Origin: Planctomycetota bacterium
Lineage (GTDB): Bacteria > Planctomycetota > UBA1135
Direction of reading: 5' to 3'
Length of the DNA stretch: 64,000 nucleotides
NCBI GenBank assembly: GCA_003696625.1
Contig: RFGR01000153.1
Span: 519 to 64,518 of the forward strand
Below the pieces are notes generated by a model. The model saw only the letters and a program-made list of their open reading frames with translations, made no database searches and had not been told where the DNA came from. The stretch's first letter is position 1. Every line of letters begins with the position of its first letter. The position numbers and the translations under genes were made by a program. Shown one piece after another: positions 25,157-34,510 of this stretch.

Positions 25157-27199
25157 TCAGGGACCGACCGCGACGCGCGGAGCGGAGGCCGGCTGCCGCG
25201 GCTCGAAGCTCAGACCGGATCGACCGGTGACGGCGCAGTCCTCGACCGCGCCGGCGGGACTGTAATCCGGCACCAGCTCCTTCAGAACCTCCAGCACGGC
25301 GGGCAGGTCCTGGGCGATCAGGGCCTGTTCCAGCTCGTGCAGCCGCTCGCCGATCGCAGCCGGCGCCGGGGCGGCCTCTCGGGCCCGGAAGATCTTCGGG
25401 TGCGCGGAGGGTTCGCAGGCGGAAGAATCGATGAGGAGTTCCTCGTGCAGTTTCTCGCCCGGGCGCAGACCGGTGTAGCGGATCTCGATCCGTCGCCCGG
25501 TCGCGGCCAGGGTGAGATCGATCATGCTCCGGGCCAGATCGGCGATCCGCACCGGTTCGCCCATCTCGAGCAAGAAAACCTCGCCGCCTTTTCCCATCGC
25601 GCCGGCCTGGAGGACGAGCTGGGCCGCCTCCTGAACGGTCATGAAGTAGCGGGTGACGTCCGGATGGGTGACCGTCACCGGCCCGCCGGCGTCGATCTGC
25701 CGGCGAAAGAGAGGCACCACCGAGCCGGCGCTGTCGAGCACGTTGCCGAACCGCACCATCGTGAAGCGCGGCGCCGAACGACCTTCGCATTGGGCCAGTT
25801 CCGCGGCCCGGGAGCCGACCAGGAGGCAGGCCAACTCGGCCGCCCGCTTGCTCGCCCCCATGACGCTCGTCGGCCGCACTGCCTTGTCGGTGGAGATCAG
25901 GACGAAGGACGAGACGCCGGCGCGCAGGGCCGCTTCGGCCGCCCGCCATGTGCCGACGACGTTGTTCCAAAGGCCGGGCAACGGATTCTGCTCGACGATC
26001 GGTACGTGCTTGTAGGCCGCGGCGTGGAAAACGCTTTCGACCTCGTGCGCGCGCAGGGCGGCCGTCAGGCGCTCCTGGTCGAGGACCGAGCCGAGGACGG
26101 CGGCCAGGCGGAGGTCGGGAAAGCGTTGGGCCAGCTCGAGTTCGATCTGGTACAGAGCAGGCTCGCTGATCTCGTACAGCACCAGGACCTTCGGGCCGAG
26201 GGCTGCGATCTGCCGACACAGCTCGGACCCGATCGAGCCGCCGGCGCCGGTGACCAGCACCGACCGGCCGGCCGCTTCGGCGCGCAAGAGATCTTCGTCC
26301 GGTGGGACCTCCTCGCGGTTGAGCAGATCGCCTGCGCCGACCTCGCCGACCTTGGACAAGGGCAGGCGGCCGCTGACCAGATCGATCAGGTTCGGCACCG
26401 AAGATACGGAGAGCCCTTGAGCGACGAGGCGTTCGATCAGCGACCGGCGCTTCCAACCCGGGAGAGAAGGAATGGCCAGCAGGACCCGCTTGACTCCGTA
26501 GCGCTCGCACACGGCCGACATGGCTTCCGGAGCGACGACTTCGAGCCCGTCGATCCTCCCCCCCTGCTTGACCGGATCGTCGTCGACGAAACAGACCGGC
26601 CAGAACTCCTGGTTGGCGTCCTGCCCCATGGTACCGGCGAGCTGGACACCGGCGTTGCCGGCGCCGTAGATGATCACCGGCTCGCGGCGCCGGGAACGGC
26701 GGAGCCGGGACATGAGCACGGCCGTCATCACCTCGCGGCCGGCGATCAGGAGGGCGGTCGAGAGGGCAGCCTCGATGACCACCACCGAGCGGGGGAAGCC
26801 GGGAGGCTGGAACAAGAAGAGCGGGGCGGAGACAGCGAGAAGGGAGAAGGCCTCTCCAGTCAAGACCCGCAAGGGCATACCGCCGCCGGGGCGGGCCAGG
26901 TTCTCTCGGTAGAGCCCGAGCCAGGCGAAGGCCGGCAGGCGGGTGCCGAGGACCAGGGGCAGGATCCAGAGGATTACGACGGGGTCCGGCGGAGGGAAAG
27001 TGCCGAGACGGATCGCGAAAGCCGCCAGCAGTGCGGTCGAGGTGATGGCGACGTCGATCGCGACCTTGAACCATTGCCGCTGTCTTCGGCTGAATAGGCC
27101 CAGCAAACGAAGCAGCCGGCTCCCAGGCCCCGACTCCGGCGAGGAATGAAGATGGGCGTTCACTGCAGCAGAGATGTCTCCGGCGCCGCGTGCGTTCAC
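25157..27199 (-). CDS. Membrane-bound nucleotide-sugar 4,6-dehydratase (CapD/PglF/WbpM family)
   Basis: 680 aa. N-terminal TM helices, a second Rossmann domain VLVTGAGGSIGSELCRQ, and a C-terminal extended SDR. GTG start; an alternative GTG lies at 27163. Confidence 0.85.
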   Translation of the reverse strand: MNARGAGDISAAVNAHLHSSPESGPGSRLLRLLGLFSRRQRQWFKVAIDVAITSTALLAAFAIRLGTFPPPDPVVILWILPLVLGTRLPAFAWLGLYRENLARPGGGMPLRVLTGEAFSLLAVSAPLFLFQPPGFPRSVVVIEAALSTALLIAGREVMTAVLMSRLRRSRRREPVIIYGAGNAGVQLAGTMGQDANQEFWPVCFVDDDPVKQGGRIDGLEVVAPEAMSAVCERYGVKRVLLAIPSLPGWKRRSLIERLVAQGLSVSSVPNLIDLVSGRLPLSKVGEVGAGDLLNREEVPPDEDLLRAEAAGRSVLVTGAGGSIGSELCRQIAALGPKVLVLYEISEPALYQIELELAQRFPDLRLAAVLGSVLDQERLTAALRAHEVESVFHAAAYKHVPIVEQNPLPGLWNNVVGTWRAAEAALRAGVSSFVLISTDKAVRPTSVMGASKRAAELACLLVGSRAAELAQCEGRSAPRFTMVRFGNVLDSAGSVVPLFRRQIDAGGPVTVTHPDVTRYFMTVQEAAQLVLQAGAMGKGGEVFLLEMGEPVRIADLARSMIDLTLAATGRRIEIRYTGLRPGEKLHEELLIDSSACEPSAHPKIFRAREAAPAPAAIGERLHELEQALIAQDLPAVLEVLKELVPDYSPAGAVEDCAVTGRSGLSFEPRQPASAPRVAVGP

Positions 27200-27341
27200 G
27201 CGGCTCCGTCGGCAGGAGCTTAACGCGGCGTCGGTGCGGATCCAAGACGCCGCCGTTGGTTCCGCCCCAGGGCGCCCCGCCTCGGTCGGATCCGCCTTGC
27301 GCCCGCGCCCGCCGCCGGGCCGAGGGGGGACGCCCGCCGCC

Positions 27342-28895
27342 TCAATCAGCCGCCGGGGACCGGGTCATGCGGTCGCGCCAAGGGCGGCCGAGCGGGCCGG
27401 GCAGCCTGCTGAGAAGCCAGGAGCCCTCCCGGCCGAGGAAAAAATCCGGACACCGCCGTAGGGAAACCCAGAGGACCACCAAGACGACGGCGACGGCGCC
27501 CAGAATCCTCAGTAGAGGAGGCCAAGCCCAGCTGATGAGAAGAGTCCGCAACGGCCAAGCAACCGCCAAGACCAGACAGGTCACCCGCAAAGGAGCAAGG
27601 TGCATTCGGAAGAACCACCGCCAGGGCTGCTCACAGACACCGAGTGCCAGGTGCGACATCAGAAGGAAGTTGACGGTGATCGCCGTAGTGATGCCGGCGG
27701 CGACACCCGGTAGGCCGGCAAAGTGTCCGAGCCAGGCCAGCGAGAGGACCAAGAGGGCATAGACAACCTGGCGCCAGGTGCGGCGGTAGACCCGGCCTGT
27801 GCCCCGGGCGAGGGTGTCGCTCAGCTTGTAGGCCGAGCGGAAATACATGCCGATGGCGAGAAGCCGGAAGGGAAGATAGGCCCCTTCCCACCCGGGGCCG
27901 AGGACTACCCGCAGCAGTTCCGGACCGAGGAGAACGGCCATGGCGCTGGCCGGCATCACGAGCAGGCCGATCGCGACCGTCCCCCGGGAGAAGGCGGAGG
28001 CCAAGCGGGTCTTGTCGCCCTGGACGGATGCGATGGCGGGAAACAGCACGGCCGACATGATCTTTCCCATCAGCGAGGCCGGCAGGAGCATCAACTGGTA
28101 GGCCCTGCCGTAGAGGCCCAGGGCGACCTGGCCCAGAGTGGCGGTGATCACCAGTTTGTCACCCTGGAGGGCGGCTTCGTTGGCGATACGGGCGGCCGTG
28201 AAGCCGCCGCCGAAGAAAAGCAGGCTTCTGGCCGCCGCGAAGTCGATCCGGAACCGACACGGGTGACGGGCCAAGATGAGGAGAAGCAAAGATCGGACGG
28301 CGGCCTGTGCGAGGTAGGCGGCGACCAGGGCCCATACGCCCCCGCCGGCGAAGGCGACGCCCAGCCCGACGAGCCCGAAGCCCACGAGATAAGAAAGGAC
28401 CTCGACCAGGGAAAGGGCGCGGAAGCGGAAGTCGCGCTGGAGGACCGCCTCGGCGGCCAGAGACGGCGTCTGAAGGAGGAAGAGGGCGGACATCACCCTC
28501 AAGAGAGGCACGAGGGCATCATTGCCGAGCAATCCGGCGAGCCGGGCTGCGGTCGAATAGGTCAACAGGGCCAGAATGAGACCACAGCTCACGCTGAGGG
28601 TGAACGCCGTCAGGATGTGGCGGTCCTCGATCCGCTCCCGCTGGACGAGAGCCGGTCCAAGCCCTGCCTGCCCGACGGCCAGGAACAGGGCGATGAAGAG
28701 CATCACGGTCTGGACCAAGCCGAAGGCCTCGGGTTCGAGCAGACGGGCCAGAACCCAGAGCACACCGAGCTGGGTCAGGGCTTGCGCGAGGACGCCGAAC
28801 AGCATCCAGGACATGCCCAGGAACGTTCGTCCGGTCAGGGAAGTGCGACTCCCTCCTTCCTGACCGCTGCCGCCGTCTTTCAGCCTGGGCTCCAT
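27342..28895 (-). CDS. wzx: Polysaccharide flippase (Wzx, MOP superfamily)
   Basis: 517 aa from an internal ATG of track ORF 27342..29057. About 12-14 hydrophobic helices and the LARLLEPEAFGL N-terminal motif typical of polysaccharide-biosynthesis (PST) proteins. Confidence 0.75.
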   Translation of the reverse strand: MEPRLKDGGSGQEGGSRTSLTGRTFLGMSWMLFGVLAQALTQLGVLWVLARLLEPEAFGLVQTVMLFIALFLAVGQAGLGPALVQRERIEDRHILTAFTLSVSCGLILALLTYSTAARLAGLLGNDALVPLLRVMSALFLLQTPSLAAEAVLQRDFRFRALSLVEVLSYLVGFGLVGLGVAFAGGGVWALVAAYLAQAAVRSLLLLILARHPCRFRIDFAAARSLLFFGGGFTAARIANEAALQGDKLVITATLGQVALGLYGRAYQLMLLPASLMGKIMSAVLFPAIASVQGDKTRLASAFSRGTVAIGLLVMPASAMAVLLGPELLRVVLGPGWEGAYLPFRLLAIGMYFRSAYKLSDTLARGTGRVYRRTWRQVVYALLVLSLAWLGHFAGLPGVAAGITTAITVNFLLMSHLALGVCEQPWRWFFRMHLAPLRVTCLVLAVAWPLRTLLISWAWPPLLRILGAVAVVLVVLWVSLRRCPDFFLGREGSWLLSRLPGPLGRPWRDRMTRSPAAD

Positions 28896-28926
28896 GCTTC
28901 GCCGTGTGCCGACGGACTGCCGAAAG

Positions 28927-29889
28927 TCAGCTGCCCCGCTCCCAGGATAGCCCGCCGTCGGCTCTCGCCGGGAAGCCGTAATGACGGTTGAGCAGGCTTG
29001 CGAACAGGTGGTACGCGATCCTGGCCCGGACAGGAAGCCCCGCGAGGGAATCTGCATCCCCGTTCGGTTTCCGAATGTGGATCTCCCTCTGTGCCCGGAG
29101 GCGATTCCCGCCGACCTGGTGGCCGGCCCGGAACGGACCTCGTTTGCTCGCTGCTTCTCGGATTCCGGCCGTATCGAGCCCGGCCCACTCGCAGATCCGG
29201 GTCAATACCGCTTCCGGATCGTCGAGCAAATCGTGGAAACGGAGCCGAAGATAGCGTCGGCGGCCGAGCAGGCGGCCCAGGAACGCCGCCGACAGATTGG
29301 AGAGCAACCAACCGCTCATGGCCCGGAACGCAGGCAGGCGCGGAGGAGAGGCGCGGCCCTCGAGGGCCCAGTTGCTGCCCGTAGCCACCAGGGACCGCAA
29401 GACCTCGCGGGCATCCCGGACGAGGTGGATCACGCGGACGTCTTCTGCCAGGAACCAGGCCAGGGCCAAGGCCCGTCCCGCCGCTCCCCGGGCGGTCTTG
29501 GAAGAATCGACCAACACGGGTGCTCCACAAACACGCCGGACGTGGGCCAGGAGGGCGCCTTGAATGGCGGCGTAGCGACGGCGCGGCAGGAACAGACCGC
29601 GGCCGAGTACGAGCCAGGGCAGGAACAGGCGGCGTTCCACCACGCGGATCGTCTTGGCGGCACGCCGTGGATCCCCCACCTCGGCCAGGGCGCCGTGCCA
29701 CAGGGAGCACTCGCGGAACGGTTTGCCGCAAGCACACTTCCGATCCAGAACCGCCTCCTCGAACAAATAGGTGACTTCACCCAGTCCGACCGCGCTCGGG
29801 TGGGAGCCCAAGACGATGTCGAGCACCGTTGAACCGCTCCGGCCATAACCGGCGATGTAAAGGATCCTAGGCCGGGCCATCGAGTTCAT
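28927..29889 (-). CDS. Sulfotransferase family protein
   Basis: 320 aa. PAPS 5-prime-phosphosulfate loop YIAGYGRSGSTVL and 3-prime-phosphate motif HLVRDAREVLRS. The start (ATG 29889, or 29880) overlaps the upstream sulfotransferase gene. Confidence 0.7.
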   Translation of the reverse strand: MNSMARPRILYIAGYGRSGSTVLDIVLGSHPSAVGLGEVTYLFEEAVLDRKCACGKPFRECSLWHGALAEVGDPRRAAKTIRVVERRLFLPWLVLGRGLFLPRRRYAAIQGALLAHVRRVCGAPVLVDSSKTARGAAGRALALAWFLAEDVRVIHLVRDAREVLRSLVATGSNWALEGRASPPRLPAFRAMSGWLLSNLSAAFLGRLLGRRRYLRLRFHDLLDDPEAVLTRICEWAGLDTAGIREAASKRGPFRAGHQVGGNRLRAQREIHIRKPNGDADSLAGLPVRARIAYHLFASLLNRHYGFPARADGGLSWERGS

Positions 29890-30928
29890 AGCCCAACCTT
29901 CGGGCCAGAGAAGAGGCTTCAGGGAACCCGGCCAGAGCCCGGTCCACTTCCTCAGGGAAACGCAAGCCGGTGGTTCGATCGCGCGCCATCGGGCCGGCGG
30001 TGTTGACGCGGGGCAAACGGCGGCAAAAAGCCAAAGCCGGACCTGGCTCACCCAGCTCCGCCCAGGTCAAGATTTCACCGAAAGCGCCCTCCGGATCAGC
30101 CAAAAAATCCTCGAAACGAATGGTCAGGACTCGTTCCGCGGGAATCAGGCGCAGATCATCGGCCGCGATTCGATTGCACTCGTACCACTGCTTGAGCGCG
30201 ACATCGGCCAGGGTGCCGCCGGCCAGGGAACGCCAACCCGGAACGAGCGCAAAGCGCCACCATCGACCACGATAGTCCTTGAGGCTCAGACCGCCGGCGA
30301 TTGGATAGCCGGCGCGCTGGAATCTGGGGAGCCGCAAGGGACCGATTCGGTCGCTGCTCCGCCAGCCGGCGAGGAGAGAGTCGATATTCTGCCGCGGCTC
30401 TCGAACGATATGGAGAAACTTGGCGTCGGGAAACAGGCGGTCCATGAACGGAACCCGCAAGGAGTTCTTGGGGGTCTTCTCGACCAAGCGGATCCGCCCG
30501 GCCAGCCCGGCTCGACTCAACTTCCCGAGGGTCAGGAGCATGGTCCGGGTAAGAAGCCGTCGACCGAGGGAGCTTCCCGTCAACAACGGCGCCGGGTCGC
30601 GGAGGATCCGATTGAGGTTGAGGGCCCGCTTGAAAAAGACTCGCCGGAGCTGAGCCAGCTCCCCTGGGCTGACGCTGTCAGCCTCGGCCCGATTGGACAC
30701 CCAACCGGTACGGGCGGGGTGCAAGGGGCCCTCCAGGACTGGATGGGACTCTGCCGGAAGGTGCCAGAGCTCGGGGTGCATCGCCAAGCACCGAAACAGC
30801 AGGGTCGTTCCAGAGCGAGGCGCCCCGATGATGACGACCGGCTGCTGAATCCCTGAGCCGGTGCCGATCCCTCGGCACGAGCCACCCTTCAGGTGCTCGG
30901 CGCCGCGTTCCGCCTCATTTCGACCCAT
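29867..30928 (-). CDS. Sulfotransferase family protein
   Basis: 353 aa. VVIIGAPRSGTTLLF (5-prime PSB loop) and HIVREPRQNIDS (3-prime PB motif). The start overlaps the wzc stop by 14 nt. Confidence 0.75.
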   Translation of the reverse strand: MGRNEAERGAEHLKGGSCRGIGTGSGIQQPVVIIGAPRSGTTLLFRCLAMHPELWHLPAESHPVLEGPLHPARTGWVSNRAEADSVSPGELAQLRRVFFKRALNLNRILRDPAPLLTGSSLGRRLLTRTMLLTLGKLSRAGLAGRIRLVEKTPKNSLRVPFMDRLFPDAKFLHIVREPRQNIDSLLAGWRSSDRIGPLRLPRFQRAGYPIAGGLSLKDYRGRWWRFALVPGWRSLAGGTLADVALKQWYECNRIAADDLRLIPAERVLTIRFEDFLADPEGAFGEILTWAELGEPGPALAFCRRLPRVNTAGPMARDRTTGLRFPEEVDRALAGFPEASSLARRLGYELDGPA

Positions 30929-33341
30929 CGCCGTAGCCGTAACCGTAGGCATAGCCGTAGCTGTAGCCGTAACGGCTGTACCGACCCAGCCGGGGAGCGC
31001 GGACGCCGTTGAGGATACAGCCCATGAGCTTGGCGCCGGTCAGGCGGATCCGTTTCGTCGCGCTGGCGGCGACCACCTCCGGCACGACGCCGGCCCGGCA
31101 AAGCATGAAGAGGGCGTCCAGTTGACTGACGAAACCCGATGCGTCCGCGACCGCGAGAACGGGAGGAATATCGAACAGGATGTAGTCGAACGAGCCCCTC
31201 ACGTCCTGGAGGAAGCCTTGCATGGCCGGCGAAGCGATCAGATCTCCTGGGCGTGCGGTACGGGAACCCGCCGTGAGGACGGAGAGGCCGTCGATGTTGG
31301 TGGGGTGCATCAGCTTCTCCGGCGAAGCGTCTTCCTTGAGAACGTCGCTGAGCCCGGGGGAAATCGGAAACCCGAAAAGGCGGTGGACCACCGGCCTCCT
31401 CAGGTCGGCATCGACCAGCAGGACCCGGGCCCCGGTCTGGGCCAGAGCCACCGCCAAATCACAGGTTGTGACGGACTTGCCCTCACCCTGGACGGATGAG
31501 GTGATGGCCAGGGTCTTGATGGCTTGTCCCTTGGCGAGGAACCGGAGATTGGCTCGTAGGGCCCGATAGGCCTCGGCCGTCGGCGAATCGGGTTCGTCGC
31601 GGAGAGGCAGATAATCCCGAGCCCGCGAATGCTTGGAACGCGTGCCGCCGCGTCGGAAATCGGGGATCACTCCCACCTGGGGCAAGCCCGTAGCGGTTTC
31701 GAGTTGGGCGATACTGAGGATCTTGCGGACGCGGCCCTCCCGGTAGAGACCCAGAGCGAAAGCGGCAACCAGGCCTAGGAGCAGGCCCAACGCGGTGTTC
31801 ATCGCCAGAATGGGCCTGGAACGGGAGTCCGGAGGAATGGCCCAATCGATGACATCGACCGTCGCCAAGCTGGCGGCCTCGGTGATCTGCGCTTCCTGGA
31901 GACGGGTGAGGAGAAGGGTGTAGATCTGCTCGAAGGCCGCGGCCCGGCGGGAGAACCTGGCCAGTTGCCGTTCGGTGGCCGGCAACTCTTCAAGGTTCTC
32001 GCGCAAACGGGAAATGGTGTCTTGGAGGGATACCTGCTGTGCCTCCAGGGCGGCGAGCGTGTCCTGAACCGCCAGAAGAAGACGCCCCTCCAGTTCTTCG
32101 ATTCGTTGGTTCAGTTCCACCAGCTCCGGCCACTGGTCGGTATAGACGGCGCGCAACCGGATGCGCTTGGCCTTCAAGTCGCCGAGTTCCTGGAGCATCG
32201 TCCGCGTCACAGGATCCAGGTCGGGAACGGAAACGAGCCGCTCGAGTCCGCTGTCGGACGTCCTGACCGTCTCGATGAGATTCTTCACAGTTCGAATCCG
32301 CAGATCGAGATCGGCATCCCTCAGATCGAGTTCGCTGAGCCGCTGGACCAGAAGGGACGCCTCCTCGGAAAGCGCCACCGCTCCCTCGGCTTCTTGGTAG
32401 GACACGAGTTCTTGCTCCGCGTCCTCCAGCTCCCGGCGGACTCGCTCGATCTCGTCTTTGATGAATTGGACCGTACTGCTCGCCTGGCGGGAAAGGCGGC
32501 TCTTGTTGTGCTCGATGTAGGCCCGTAGGAGCGCGTTGGCGACCTGGGCGGCCCGTTCCGGGTCGGTGTCGAAATAGGAGAGGCGAAGTACATTCGATCC
32601 CTTGTGGGTCTCGACGACCCGGCAGGATTCCTGAGTATCGCGGATGGCCCGCCGGACACTTCGCAAGGTTAGCCGGAAGGTCCGGCCGCTCAGGTCTCCG
32701 TCCGGAATCAGCCGGATCCTGGCGCCGGCAAGTTCCAGCGGCTTTCCGTCGTCGAGCCGAACCACCTGTTTCCGACCGGGCAGGACGGCCGCCCACAGCG
32801 AGTCGGGGAGCACTTCAACGACCTCGGGCGAAGAAAAATGAATACGCCATGCGCGATAGGTGAGGTCACGGGGGAGCTGCTCGACCTCCACCCGCAGAGA
32901 ACCAGTCGGTTCCTCGCCGCGGCCGAGCTTACGCAGAACGGCGGGCCACGGCCAGTTGCGGTCAACGTCGTCGACCGTGACGCTGAGACCGAGCCCGACT
33001 TCCGGGGCGAGATCACTTTCGCCCTTCGGCAGGGCGACTGCCTGGGCCACGGCACGGCTGCCGAGGACTTCCATCTCGGCAAGGGTCGCAGGTGACTGCT
33101 CGAAGAGCGTGAACTCACGGAGCAGGCTTTGTTCCGATCCCTCCGGCCGGAGCAGAACCGTCGCCTCGGCCGCGAAGCGCGGCGGGACCAGCATGGAAAG
33201 GAAGAAGCCGAGTACTGCGCCGAGAATAAGGAGGGACGTGACGAGCAGACGCTGGTGCCAGAAGATCCCGAGGAGCCTGGGCAGGCTCAACGTGACTGCT
33301 TGGTCGTCGTGCTCCGGCGGAGGGGCCGCGAAAGTGTCCAT
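30915..33341 (-). CDS. wzc: Polysaccharide co-polymerase / tyrosine autokinase (PCP-2a, Wzc/GumC-like)
   Basis: 808 aa from an internal ATG of track ORF 30915..33581. Two TM helices flank a coiled-coil periplasmic domain. Walker A GEGKS, Walker A-prime VDADLRRP, Walker B FDIPP, and a C-terminal Tyr cluster RYSRYGYSYGYAYGYGYG. Confidence 0.85.
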   Translation of the reverse strand: MDTFAAPPPEHDDQAVTLSLPRLLGIFWHQRLLVTSLLILGAVLGFFLSMLVPPRFAAEATVLLRPEGSEQSLLREFTLFEQSPATLAEMEVLGSRAVAQAVALPKGESDLAPEVGLGLSVTVDDVDRNWPWPAVLRKLGRGEEPTGSLRVEVEQLPRDLTYRAWRIHFSSPEVVEVLPDSLWAAVLPGRKQVVRLDDGKPLELAGARIRLIPDGDLSGRTFRLTLRSVRRAIRDTQESCRVVETHKGSNVLRLSYFDTDPERAAQVANALLRAYIEHNKSRLSRQASSTVQFIKDEIERVRRELEDAEQELVSYQEAEGAVALSEEASLLVQRLSELDLRDADLDLRIRTVKNLIETVRTSDSGLERLVSVPDLDPVTRTMLQELGDLKAKRIRLRAVYTDQWPELVELNQRIEELEGRLLLAVQDTLAALEAQQVSLQDTISRLRENLEELPATERQLARFSRRAAAFEQIYTLLLTRLQEAQITEAASLATVDVIDWAIPPDSRSRPILAMNTALGLLLGLVAAFALGLYREGRVRKILSIAQLETATGLPQVGVIPDFRRGGTRSKHSRARDYLPLRDEPDSPTAEAYRALRANLRFLAKGQAIKTLAITSSVQGEGKSVTTCDLAVALAQTGARVLLVDADLRRPVVHRLFGFPISPGLSDVLKEDASPEKLMHPTNIDGLSVLTAGSRTARPGDLIASPAMQGFLQDVRGSFDYILFDIPPVLAVADASGFVSQLDALFMLCRAGVVPEVVAASATKRIRLTGAKLMGCILNGVRAPRLGRYSRYGYSYGYAYGYGYGDGSK

Positions 33342-33470
33342 TTTCGCTCTAGGTGTTCGGCTGTCCAGAAGGCCCTCGCGACTGGTCGGAGAACCCGAAA
33401 ACAGAGCGGATGCCGGGCCGGTCGGCCGGCCGCAACCGACCAGGACGAAAAACGAGGCGGAAGGGCGGCA

Positions 33471-33484
33471 CCGGACATGTCCGG
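33471..33484. promoter_or_regulatory. Perfect 14-bp palindrome in long wzc leader (possible operator)
   Basis: CCGGACATGTCCGG, about 135 nt upstream of the wzc ATG. Confidence 0.3.
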
Positions 33485-33782
33485 AAAGAATCGGTCGGCC
33501 CGCGCCCGGGTCGCGGGGAGCAGCCGCCGGCCGCGGCAGGGAAGGCGCCAGGATACGTGCCGGCAGCGGCCAGTGCCACACCTCGAATCATGGACCTGCC
33601 GCTCCTCTCAAACGGCCGGCACGCGCCAGCCTTCCCGGCTCCTGGAGACCACCGGAAGAGCTTGTAAAGGCTCGACGGCCGGCTCGACCGAACGGCGATC
33701 CGGGGCCGACGGTTCGGGAGCCGGACCGCAGCCGAAAGCCGACAGGCCGAAGACCGGAAGCCCGCGCGGGAACATGGCCTGG

Positions 33783-33788
33783 ATTGTA
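33783..33788 (-). promoter_or_regulatory. Candidate -10 box TACAAT for the wzc transcription unit
   Basis: Minus strand GCCGC-TACAAT-CC with TTCAAT 18 nt upstream. This would give a leader of about 435 nt. Confidence 0.3.
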
Positions 33789-33870
33789 GCGGCATCCTTC
33801 GGGCGGATTGAACCGGAGACAGCCCGGCCGGACAAACCTCCATCGGCCTTCGGGTAGGCCGGCCGACCCG

Positions 33871-34497
33871 TTAGTGAGAAGCCGGTATGGCCCGGCCGCA
33901 CAAAGAAGCCAAGACGTAGCGCAAGGTGGCCAGGATGATCCGGACATCGCCGCCCAGACTGCGGTGGTCCAGGTATGCCAGATCCCTTTCCAACTTGGGG
34001 CGGAGGAGAAACCGAACGTAGTACTCCTCTGCGTCTTGTCCCGGCGGAATGTCGGCCTCCTCATGAATTGCAAAGTGGAGCGTTCCGGGACTCGTCACTC
34101 CCGGTCGGTAGTCGAGAGACCTCCGCAAAGTATCGTCATAACGGGCGACGATCTCTGGAACTTCCGGACGCGGGCCGACGATCGCCATATCGCCCATGAG
34201 CACGTTGATGAACTGCGGAAGCTCGTCGATCTTGGTCCGGCGCAGAAAATGGCCGACCGGGGTGATTCTCGGATCCTTCCTGGAAGTGATCGTCGGCCCC
34301 ATTCGGTCGGCGGCGACGACCATGGTCCTGAACTTGCACATCCGAAACGGACGGCCCCCGCGGCCGACCCGCACCGCCCGGTAGAACACCGGACCCGGCG
34401 AGGTCACCTTGATCAACAAGGCGACGACGATCAGGAGGGGCGCGGTCAGCAGAAGGACCAACGCCGAGAGAGCGATATCGAGGAGCCTGATGGCCAT
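33871..34497 (-). CDS. Small monotopic phosphoglycosyl transferase (second priming enzyme)
   Basis: 208 aa. KFRTM motif and IDELPQFINVLMGDMAIVGPRP signature. Confidence 0.85.
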   Translation of the reverse strand: MAIRLLDIALSALVLLLTAPLLIVVALLIKVTSPGPVFYRAVRVGRGGRPFRMCKFRTMVVAADRMGPTITSRKDPRITPVGHFLRRTKIDELPQFINVLMGDMAIVGPRPEVPEIVARYDDTLRRSLDYRPGVTSPGTLHFAIHEEADIPPGQDAEEYYVRFLLRPKLERDLAYLDHRSLGGDVRIILATLRYVLASLCGRAIPASH

Positions 34498-34510
34498 CCG
34501 CCCCGGCTGC

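Noticed and set aside
24015-27245. Single 1076-aa protein spanning the GT4 and CapD/PglF regions
   Set aside because: Only the last 378 aa or so have glycosyltransferase character. The upstream 700 aa are Arg/Pro shadow lying over the CapD/PglF gene, which is read in another frame and ends at 25157. The real gene most likely starts at TTG 25151.
33342-33870. c-di-GMP riboswitch or ops/JUMPstart antitermination element in the wzc leader
   Set aside because: I found no GGCGGTAG-type ops sequence and no recognisable GEMM-type conserved core on either strand by eye. The region is kept as a finding only because it is an unusually long leader with a palindrome.
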